A stretch of 64,000 nucleotides of DNA, from positions 62,001 through 126,000 of the IMG/VR virus record IMGVR_UViG_3300034072_002211; one strand, given 5' to 3'. The position numbers and the translations under genes were made by a program. Position 1 is the first letter of the stretch; each line of letters starts with the position of its first letter. Positions 56,526 to 64,000 of the stretch are shown here, in pieces. The notes under the pieces were generated by a model. That model ran no database searches and was not told the origin of the DNA. It worked only from the letters and a program-made list of their open reading frames with translations.

Positions 56526-56929
56526 AGGTCACCGGCCTTTCGGTTTTCGCTACGGTCAATGGAGAACTTTCCACCTGGGAAACGGCTCTCCAGCTTCTTG
56601 ATGTTCTCGTCTAGGACGTCATAGGGATTGAGACCCAGCGCCATGACGCCGTTGATCCAATACCACATCACGTCGCCCAGCTCACGCATCATGTGATACT
56701 GGTTGGCTTCGTCGAATGGCTTGCCCTGGAAGATGATCTTCTTGACAATTTCCATGAACTCGCCGGATTCGGCCGAGAGACCGCACGCGGCAGTCAGGAG
56801 ACGCTCAACATTGCAGCCCTGGACATACAGCTCACCCAGGCGATCAGTGAACGCTTCTGCGTCCTTGCTGGGCTCGCTGGTGACGCCGTCCACGAAGCGG
56901 CCATACTCGTTAAGATAGTTTTCGGACAT
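56522..56929 (-). CDS. MazG-like NTP pyrophosphohydrolase
   Basis: GLSAESGEFMEIVKK..RELGDVMWY..ENIKKLESRFP; start MSENY. Confidence 0.88.
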   Translation of the reverse strand: MSENYLNEYGRFVDGVTSEPSKDAEAFTDRLGELYVQGCNVERLLTAACGLSAESGEFMEIVKKIIFQGKPFDEANQYHMMRELGDVMWYWINGVMALGLNPYDVLDENIKKLESRFPGGKFSIDRSENRKAGDL

Positions 56930-56985
56930 TATGCTCTCCAATTGGAACTTAGGATCACCATAGCAAACTGGTGACCCAGAAATCA

Positions 56986-57351
56986 TTAATTGGCTACCAC
57001 AACCACGTGGGGACGGCGCTTCTTCTCGGTGATGCTACGGAGTACTTCAACGTAAGCACCACATACAGCCACGTCAGTATGTTGGATTGGCATAGGATGG
57101 AGGACCTCGACCTGAGAGCCATGTGCTCGAACGGCCCCAGGAGGCTCTACCTGAAGACTTTCAATCTGAGCACCATGGGTCTTGATCATCTGAGGAGGCT
57201 GGACGCCTACCACTTCCACTTGTGAGCTGTTGACGCGAACAGGTGGATTGGGAGAGACGTTGGAAATCTCGACCAAGGTTGAGATAACCTTGGCTTGTGA
57301 TTCATTTCTGTTGAGGGCTTCGACCTGAACGGCCGTAACTTGGACAGTCAT
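56986..57351 (-). CDS. Virion protein with about six 17-18-aa repeats, paralog of 9970..10374
   Basis: Repeating xx(S/A)Q(V/I)E(V/S)L units; C-terminal RR motif. Confidence 0.7.
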   Translation of the reverse strand: MTVQVTAVQVEALNRNESQAKVISTLVEISNVSPNPPVRVNSSQVEVVGVQPPQMIKTHGAQIESLQVEPPGAVRAHGSQVEVLHPMPIQHTDVAVCGAYVEVLRSITEKKRRPHVVVVAN

Positions 57352-58376
57352 TATTTCGTGATCTTATAGCCTGCCTGGACCGCATTGACTCCAGCTGGAG
57401 TCCAAGGTTCGTTGGTTGCTGGATCCTTGTTCTCAATGCGGTTCATGTTCAAGTGGTTGGTAGGTAGATTGTAATCCCCACTCTCGGTTTCAACGGAGCC
57501 GCTCTTAACCAGTGTCCTCATCTGACGGGTTTCAGCATCGGTCTTGGTCGCCCAGACGTTGAGCTGGATTGCGTCAATCTTGTTTGGAGTAGTGGTCAAA
57601 TTGGTGAAGTTGAACAGGTCCTTGGCGCCTAGAGCAGTTGCGCTCACAAAGTCATCCACACTCACGAACTCATCATCAAGCATGTTGAAACCAGTGGAAC
57701 CAGTGCTTGGTAGAAACTGATTACCCGAGATGTCACCATTTGGACGAAGAGTCTCAATACGGCGTTCACCAATACGGGTTGCTTCGTCAATCACGTACAT
57801 GTCATCATAGCAGAACGAAGACACGTTACCGCCATTCAGATGGAGACCATTGAAGCCATATGGAGCAGAAGCCTGGGTGTTGCCTCGGAAGTCGATGATT
57901 TCCACACCATCGAGATAAACGGTGGCGCGACCCGCAGTGGTGTGACCCACATATTCCATTTCAAGATAGTGCCAATCCTGAGTCTTAATAATGTTTGGAG
58001 CACTTGCCGCAACCATGGTATTTCCACGCCAGATTTTAACTTCACCAATGTCACTGATGCTCATACCGAACTGAGCAGACTCACCATGCATCAAGCGAAT
58101 GAACTGACCATGGCCAGAAGCATTAGGAACATAATAAGGGAACAGAGCAAAGGCAATAGTTGCGGTCTGGAGGTAGAGATTGTCATTGAAGTAGGTGCGA
58201 ACGAATGGACTCCAGACGCTGTCACCGAGACGAAAAGCCTGACCGCCATAACGACCCGCGACACCGCCGGTATCACGCATGTTGCCCAACCACTTGGTGT
58301 GAAAGCCAGGAAGCGTGGTATTGCTCTTGCTGAAGTCGTAGGCGTCAAAGCCATCCATGAAAACAACATTAGCCAT
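57351..58376 (-). CDS. Virion beta-rich protein, paralog of 10378..11376
   Basis: WHYLEM..VYLDGV lectin-like N-part; shared C-terminal domain. Confidence 0.75.
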   Translation of the reverse strand: MANVVFMDGFDAYDFSKSNTTLPGFHTKWLGNMRDTGGVAGRYGGQAFRLGDSVWSPFVRTYFNDNLYLQTATIAFALFPYYVPNASGHGQFIRLMHGESAQFGMSISDIGEVKIWRGNTMVAASAPNIIKTQDWHYLEMEYVGHTTAGRATVYLDGVEIIDFRGNTQASAPYGFNGLHLNGGNVSSFCYDDMYVIDEATRIGERRIETLRPNGDISGNQFLPSTGSTGFNMLDDEFVSVDDFVSATALGAKDLFNFTNLTTTPNKIDAIQLNVWATKTDAETRQMRTLVKSGSVETESGDYNLPTNHLNMNRIENKDPATNEPWTPAGVNAVQAGYKITK

Positions 58377-59338
58377 TAGTAACGCTCTCCCTTGAAGCTG
58401 ATCACCAGATCAGCAATCGTCGCATCAGTCTGCGCTGGTGCCACAATCTTGATCTCTACGTTTGCGGGAACATCAATTGCTCCACCGCTATTACTTACCA
58501 TGGTCGCAGCGCCGGCCTGATTGATAGTCCAGACACCCGCCATCTGACCGTTGATGAATATATCGCAAGCAAAGGGCTGGCTTGGGTTAACGCCACAAGT
58601 AAACAAGCATCCCTCGAAGTTAGGGAAAAGCGTGTGAGCTCTAGGAGCACGCCAACGATAGATCGTTTCTAGAGGACCGGGTTGTCCATCATAGAAAGCA
58701 CCATAGTCATAGGCAAACTGCTCTTGTGGAATTGCGGCTGGCTCGCTTGCGCCACTCTCAACCCACTGGCCAGAGTTGGCGTCCCTGTAGAAGAGAAAGA
58801 AGGAACCGTCAGTGGTGTTCCACCATCCATCGCCCTGTATAGCAGAGTCGGGTGGAGTAGGCCCGAAATGGATGCGATTGGCCGTCTGAGGGGCATCAAT
58901 GAAGATCAGGCGGTTGTTGGCCTCATCCACAGCAAGGATCTTCCCACCCTGACCCACGTAGGTCGATGGAGCGTCCTTGAGCTTGATGAACTGATCTGCG
59001 CCATTGGCACCAGTGATCAGAATAGTATCACCGGTCTCAATGACCGAAACGCCTTCGCCACCTAGGATTCTGCGGAAGCTATACGTGACACCATCGGGTT
59101 CCCTCTTGGCAAAGGAACCAGAGCCACGACCAATGTTCTGGATCTTGATTTCAACTTGCTGTTGGGGCTTGGCACTCACATAGGAGTTGTCCTTGACCGT
59201 TGGTGCGGCCTGGAGAAAGTCACCTGATCCGCTTTGGATGCGGACAGTATCTGTGCCTCCCATACCATAGGAGGTGCCATCAAGATTACCAATACTGCGC
59301 CTAGAAGTGTTCTTAGGCGGTTCCCTGTAGACAGTCAT
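58376..59338 (-). CDS. Modular fibre/adaptor protein
   Basis: ATAAATA at 59361-59367; SFRRILGGEGV, DAPSTYVGQGGKILAV, GPTPP..GDGWWN modules; shared C-terminal domain. Confidence 0.78.
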   Translation of the reverse strand: MTVYREPPKNTSRRSIGNLDGTSYGMGGTDTVRIQSGSGDFLQAAPTVKDNSYVSAKPQQQVEIKIQNIGRGSGSFAKREPDGVTYSFRRILGGEGVSVIETGDTILITGANGADQFIKLKDAPSTYVGQGGKILAVDEANNRLIFIDAPQTANRIHFGPTPPDSAIQGDGWWNTTDGSFFLFYRDANSGQWVESGASEPAAIPQEQFAYDYGAFYDGQPGPLETIYRWRAPRAHTLFPNFEGCLFTCGVNPSQPFACDIFINGQMAGVWTINQAGAATMVSNSGGAIDVPANVEIKIVAPAQTDATIADLVISFKGERY

Positions 59339-59383
59339 GGAAGCCCTCCGATCTCTTTGATATTTATTGGAGAGCTAGGTGAC

Positions 59384-59992
59384 TTAAACTGTCCAGAAAG
59401 CACTCTTCCCTAGGAGGAAGTTGCGGATACGTCCTCTGAACTGACGCTGGGCATATTTGGAGTAATCGCCACCAATTGCTAGACCAGCCGCAGCGTTATA
59501 GGGCTCAGCTGCTTCAACGTCAAAGACCTGAACTTCATTCACAAAGCCATACACCCGGCCGTTCAAGAACATGAAGCCAATGCGATACCACTGCTTGGCA
59601 TTTAGGCCGTTCACGAAAACACCAGAACTTGTAAGGCCGTTGTTGGTTGTAGATGAACCAAAGCTTAGAACATTGCCCTCACGAGCAATGCGCCATTCAG
59701 GCCAACCAGCACCGAAACCTTCACCCACGGTAGCAACCCAGCTATTACCGGTTAGATCCTCAAAGTAGACTTCGAGGGACACGCTATAGGGAGAGGTAAC
59801 ATGCCAGAGCTCTTTATCAGAGAAACGAATGTTCTGAGTGCCGGTGAAGTTCATGTAGTCGCTAACCGTTGTTGGTTTGGTATCAGCGGCTAGAGCGGTT
59901 GACGTGGCAGTTTGGTCCACAGGACTGTTGGTGAGGCTCAAGACTACATTGTTGCGAGCCAGAACATCATATTGATAAAAACCCATCAGCAT
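59384..59992 (-). CDS. LamG/ConA-like lectin virion protein
   Basis: WYRIGFMF..YGFVNEV..GLAIGG..FRGRIRNF; ATAAATA at 59998-60004. Confidence 0.78.
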   Translation of the reverse strand: MLMGFYQYDVLARNNVVLSLTNSPVDQTATSTALAADTKPTTVSDYMNFTGTQNIRFSDKELWHVTSPYSVSLEVYFEDLTGNSWVATVGEGFGAGWPEWRIAREGNVLSFGSSTTNNGLTSSGVFVNGLNAKQWYRIGFMFLNGRVYGFVNEVQVFDVEAAEPYNAAAGLAIGGDYSKYAQRQFRGRIRNFLLGKSAFWTV

Positions 59993-60000
59993 ATGGGTAT

Positions 60001-60648
60001 TTATGGCTCCACAGGTGGTTCAGGATCGGTTGGCTTCTTTGGGTCACCGACCTTGACATAAACACACTTGGGATCAGCCAGCTGTCCGCGATCAGTGATC
60101 ACTGAATAGCTGAAAGCATCATAGCCCTCAAAGCCACTGTTGGGCACATAGACTAGATCCAAATGATCATCTGTGAGCTTCACATAACCGTTGGTTGGCA
60201 AAGTGAGGATCAGTGGTTCGCAGAAATAGGCCGCAAAGAGATCGCCCGGATTGCTGGCAATGGTCTTGGCTCCCTGAACATTCGAGACCCTGATGTAGTT
60301 GGCTTCGGGCATCACGTAGGTCCAAGGTCTATCGGCAATGATATCAATGCGACCTCCTACTGGTTCCTTGAACGTGATCTTCTGTCCTACAATCTCATAG
60401 GCTTCATAGGAGTCACCAAAATCCAGCGTAGCATTGTGGAGACGGAAACCATCCACGTAGACTTCCACCCACTGAGGATGGGTGGGTAGAGCAGGAAGAG
60501 TCAGTTCAGTTACCGGCTCATTGACCTGAACATCAAACCCTACTTCATAGGCACCACGTGGAATTGGAGTAGTGAGGCTCTTGACAGCCATGTTCTGAAC
60601 TTGAACAAATGGTTGAACCGCACGGCTATTTAGAACAGTCATAACCAT
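60001..60648 (-). CDS. Virion protein with C-terminal Ig-like (Big_9-type) domain
   Basis: PTNGYVKL..LVYVPNSGFEGYDAFSYSV; TAATG-coupled start (alternative start 60591). Confidence 0.7.
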   Translation of the reverse strand: MVMTVLNSRAVQPFVQVQNMAVKSLTTPIPRGAYEVGFDVQVNEPVTELTLPALPTHPQWVEVYVDGFRLHNATLDFGDSYEAYEIVGQKITFKEPVGGRIDIIADRPWTYVMPEANYIRVSNVQGAKTIASNPGDLFAAYFCEPLILTLPTNGYVKLTDDHLDLVYVPNSGFEGYDAFSYSVITDRGQLADPKCVYVKVGDPKKPTDPEPPVEP

Positions 60649-63600
60649 TAGCCACCTCCCAACAGCCATGCCTTGGCCACTAGACCAGTTGGCTGGATCT
60701 CACAAACCAGAGTGGTTTCCCTCTTCACAATATAGCTGAAGGTTCCCTCCGGCTGCTGATAAGTCTCAACCTCCAGACCCCTTGCTGCTTCCTCACCGGC
60801 TTCTTCGGCCTCTTCTTCAGTCTCGAAACCACCAGGATTTGTAGGTACGCTATCCCACTGAAGATCAGCAGCATGCCAACCACTTGCGCCTTCGGCAGCA
60901 AACGAGTTGTTCCTAGTGGCACTTGGTTCGTTTATACCATACACCAAAGTAGACGTTTTACCAATGCTTGGGTTCTGAACTCCAAGATATGGCACCTTAG
61001 AACCCAAGAAGACTGGTTCAGACGTGATGTATTCATCGTGGTGACGATGAAGGTAAGCATAAAGGGTCTTGATATCCACTGATACCCTGCGCTGGTCACT
61101 GATGCTATACCAGACTGGTTCAAACATTGTGCCAAGGTTGCGTGGAGCAATTCTCCAATCGGGGCTGAACTTCTCGAACGTTGGACGAACAAGAGTGGTC
61201 CACTGCCTTGAGAATTGATACAGAGGTGCCCTCTTCATCTCGGCCCAAGTTGGACTAAAGGAATAGTCCCTCAAGTTGCCCCTGTAGAGGCAGGCAGGCG
61301 TGAAGTAAGACAGCGCAACATCCTTGAGAGGAAGCCAATATCCCTCCACTGCTCTGAAGATCACATAGTGACCACGCGAAGGATCATAGTTCTCCGAAAT
61401 GTCAACGCCATTGTAGGTATGACGTGGAGGTTCAACAGTCAACGTAGAAGTCTTGGCATTTGGACGATTTGGAGAAGACAGCCAAGCACTCTTGCTTGTT
61501 GGTGTCTTGACTTCCAATGAAGCCCTCTGCCAATCACCAACTGACTGAAGAGCGCCAGCTTCCCTTGGAGCAGATCGCCATTCACCAACTGACTGAAGCG
61601 TGCCAGCTTCGCGAGGTGCTGGTCGCCATTCTCCCACTGAAGCGTTTGTGAAAGCAATCCTGTTGGTAGGAGCAAACTCACCAATAGAGGCATTGCTTCC
61701 TAGTTCATGACCAATATGACGGAATGGAACACTCATCTGGGTTCCAGTTGAATGCTCCTGTTCAAACTCAACCCAGTTGGTTGGCATGTAGAGGTTCTCT
61801 ACACCGGGAACATTGAACTCACCCTTGGCCGGATCGATGTTCACAGAACCGAACTCATATACTTCGCCAGACAACAAATTGGTCTTGACAAACATCTCTT
61901 CAAAGAGATTCTTAACCGTATAGAATGCCTGAATCTGATCGCCGTTCTTGACCTTTGGACGCGCTACTGGTTCAGCACCATTGACACTGAAGACCATGCG
62001 TTCGTGATAGATTTCAATAGCGTATCCATCACTCAATCCGTCCATGACAGCCGTCTTGTCAGTTGGGAATGAGAAATCTGGAATACCATCATGGACAATA
62101 CCAAAGTCCAGATCCACTGGCAAATCATCGACCTCAGTGGTTCCCTTAACGATATAGTTGGTTCCTGGACCCAAGAGAATGGTGTCACGCTCATCAAGCC
62201 ACCAGTTGGACATCTTGGTGTGAGTGATCTCAACCGTGTCGTCAGTGTTGAGGGTGGTAGGGAAGGTCAAAAGTTGACCATCCTTCCTCACAGATCCATG
62301 AGTATAGTTGGGGAAATCGTAGATACCGGTCTCTTTGACAACTACCGTGCTCTTGGTTGTGAGGCTACCATAGGGCTGGAACCTCTGAGTATCAGAGAGG
62401 AACGTGGTCGCCGTGTTGACAACCAGAGCATATTGTGAATCAGCAATACTCAGAACACTATAGAAGTGTGGAGCATTCGCTGGAGGCCTCAGAGTAATAT
62501 CGAGGATATCTCCCTCCGAAACAACCGACTGTCCATTGTAGGGAGCACCGTTGCGCTGAATGTTGCCATGGCTCAAAGCAATGTAGGAGAAAGGAGTCTT
62601 GGGAGGAACAATAACCCTGAAGGTCACGCTTGGTTCCATGAACTTGGGTAGGATCTCCACATAGGTAGCCTTGGCATCGGAAGGAATGCCCTGAACCACG
62701 AAGTCAAAGGCATAATGCCCCAACTGGATTGCGGTGGATCGCTTACCCTGGCTGGAACGCATGATTGCTGTCACGAAGTCGTTGTTCTTGACCGTGGTGA
62801 TTGCTGAGCTGTTGATGAGCAACTTGGCATTTGGTGCCACACTAGCAGTCGAAGATTCAGCAAGACTGGTGATCTGAATATCACCGGATCCGGCATCTAC
62901 ATCAATAGGCGTATAGCGTAGATTTGGAGCAAACCCAGAAACTAGAGGATTGGCCGGAACCAGCACGTCATAGGCATCTAGGGCCACGTCGCCATAGTAG
63001 ATGTTAGGACTCTGAACACACGCCCAGGTGATGTTCCTCATGAACGTTACCTTGGTAGGTGCGGTTGCGAGATCAGTGAAGACAAAAATGTCACGAGATT
63101 CGTGGCAGGACACGGTGAAGTTGTTTCTGCCTGCAATACCTGCGAAGGGCATGTAGTCGCCCATGTCAATCTCAGAATGGAAGCTGAGATCCATATTAAG
63201 GATGCGAAGTTTGTATTCCAGAGGAACTGGAATTACAAACTTGTTTTTGAATACCGCAGGTACACCAAGCATTTCAGCACTGAATACCTCAGTGAGTGTG
63301 CCGTTGTTGAGCTTCAACAGCTTACCAGATTTGGTAGCCACAATAGCCGTAGGACCAAGTCCACAACCACCTATGATAGTTTCGGTTGTTGGATAGTTGA
63401 CTCCGATTGTATTGAGATCACTCAAGCTGTAGAGGATCTGATCACCGCCTACAAAAAGTGTTGTGCCGTCTGAAAAAATCGTTCTAGCACCTGGATAATA
63501 ACGAGAACTAGAAGCTTGTGAACGATCCCAATAAACCTTTCCAATCTGATTATTATTGAACAGAAAACACATCTCTCGACGATTCTGAGATGAATTCCAA

Positions 63601-64000
63601 AGCCATGTATAGCTCACAGCATTTAGACGATTAGAACCTTCAGTGAAGATACTATAATCGTACTGCCCGTTGGTGCCTAGATAGCTCACATAGTTGTTTC
63701 CTCGGGAAAGGCTAACAACTAGATCTCTGTTATAAGTTCCATTAGTCCAGGTATTAGTTCCTTCAGAATATTCTTGACTTCCTGATTTATAGAAAACCGA
63801 GCGGTTGATATTGCCGTAATCGTACCACTGGAGGTTCTTATACTGAGAACGCATCTGTGGGCGAGTGGTGCCCTGATTGCTTACAACGGCAAAGTAGCAC
63901 TCATTGCCATTGTAGAACCACTTGATATATTTGGTCTGATTGGCCGCCGGAGCAACGACACTGACTTCAATTGAGTCATTGAAGGCTAGGGCAACTGGAC
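60648..64000 (-). CDS. Large virion protein, 5'-truncated by the window edge (more than 1116 aa)
   Basis: Frame stays open from 63854 to 63998, so the track's start is not the true start; internal 16-aa VGEWRxAPREAGxLQS repeats near 61530-61645. Confidence 0.8.
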   Translation of the reverse strand, partial: PVALAFNDSIEVSVVAPAANQTKYIKWFYNGNECYFAVVSNQGTTRPQMRSQYKNLQWYDYGNINRSVFYKSGSQEYSEGTNTWTNGTYNRDLVVSLSRGNNYVSYLGTNGQYDYSIFTEGSNRLNAVSYTWLWNSSQNRREMCFLFNNNQIGKVYWDRSQASSSRYYPGARTIFSDGTTLFVGGDQILYSLSDLNTIGVNYPTTETIIGGCGLGPTAIVATKSGKLLKLNNGTLTEVFSAEMLGVPAVFKNKFVIPVPLEYKLRILNMDLSFHSEIDMGDYMPFAGIAGRNNFTVSCHESRDIFVFTDLATAPTKVTFMRNITWACVQSPNIYYGDVALDAYDVLVPANPLVSGFAPNLRYTPIDVDAGSGDIQITSLAESSTASVAPNAKLLINSSAITTVKNNDFVTAIMRSSQGKRSTAIQLGHYAFDFVVQGIPSDAKATYVEILPKFMEPSVTFRVIVPPKTPFSYIALSHGNIQRNGAPYNGQSVVSEGDILDITLRPPANAPHFYSVLSIADSQYALVVNTATTFLSDTQRFQPYGSLTTKSTVVVKETGIYDFPNYTHGSVRKDGQLLTFPTTLNTDDTVEITHTKMSNWWLDERDTILLGPGTNYIVKGTTEVDDLPVDLDFGIVHDGIPDFSFPTDKTAVMDGLSDGYAIEIYHERMVFSVNGAEPVARPKVKNGDQIQAFYTVKNLFEEMFVKTNLLSGEVYEFGSVNIDPAKGEFNVPGVENLYMPTNWVEFEQEHSTGTQMSVPFRHIGHELGSNASIGEFAPTNRIAFTNASVGEWRPAPREAGTLQSVGEWRSAPREAGALQSVGDWQRASLEVKTPTSKSAWLSSPNRPNAKTSTLTVEPPRHTYNGVDISENYDPSRGHYVIFRAVEGYWLPLKDVALSYFTPACLYRGNLRDYSFSPTWAEMKRAPLYQFSRQWTTLVRPTFEKFSPDWRIAPRNLGTMFEPVWYSISDQRRVSVDIKTLYAYLHRHHDEYITSEPVFLGSKVPYLGVQNPSIGKTSTLVYGINEPSATRNNSFAAEGASGWHAADLQWDSVPTNPGGFETEEEAEEAGEEAARGLEVETYQQPEGTFSYIVKRETTLVCEIQPTGLVAKAWLLGGG

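Overview
The window is a gene-dense segment of a T4-related jumbo myophage genome (Rak2/GAP32/Atu_ph07/XacN1-like gene content, standard genetic code). The host is probably a GC-rich proteobacterium, inferred from TTGACA-N14-GC-TA early promoters. It contains: (i) replication and repair genes (PolB running off the left edge, UvsE, NAD-dependent ligase, clamp loader, a DnaE-like fragment, dCMP deaminase, MazG/HAD/Nudix enzymes); (ii) two large minus-strand blocks of modular fibre/whisker/lectin virion genes (9-22 kb and 51-64 kb) plus a two-gene fibre island at 30.7-32.1 kb; (iii) a host-like proteostasis and translation kit (ClpA, ClpP, DnaJ, GroES, peptide deformylase, IF-1, three dispersed tRNAs, two nucleotidyltransferases); (iv) about 15 small paralogous ORFs that share a C-terminal F-x4-(D/Q/H/N)A-x2-F-(K/R)-(L/I)-x-W motif. 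The most striking candidates are a member of that family fused to a stand-alone copy of the major-capsid Gol-peptide region (30281-30394), a stand-alone ATP-ligase N-terminal domain next to an NAD-ligase, a duplicated three-gene virion cassette, and isolated late-promoter genes with T4-like capsid-targeting N-termini. All calls rest on motif recognition by eye; no database searches were run.
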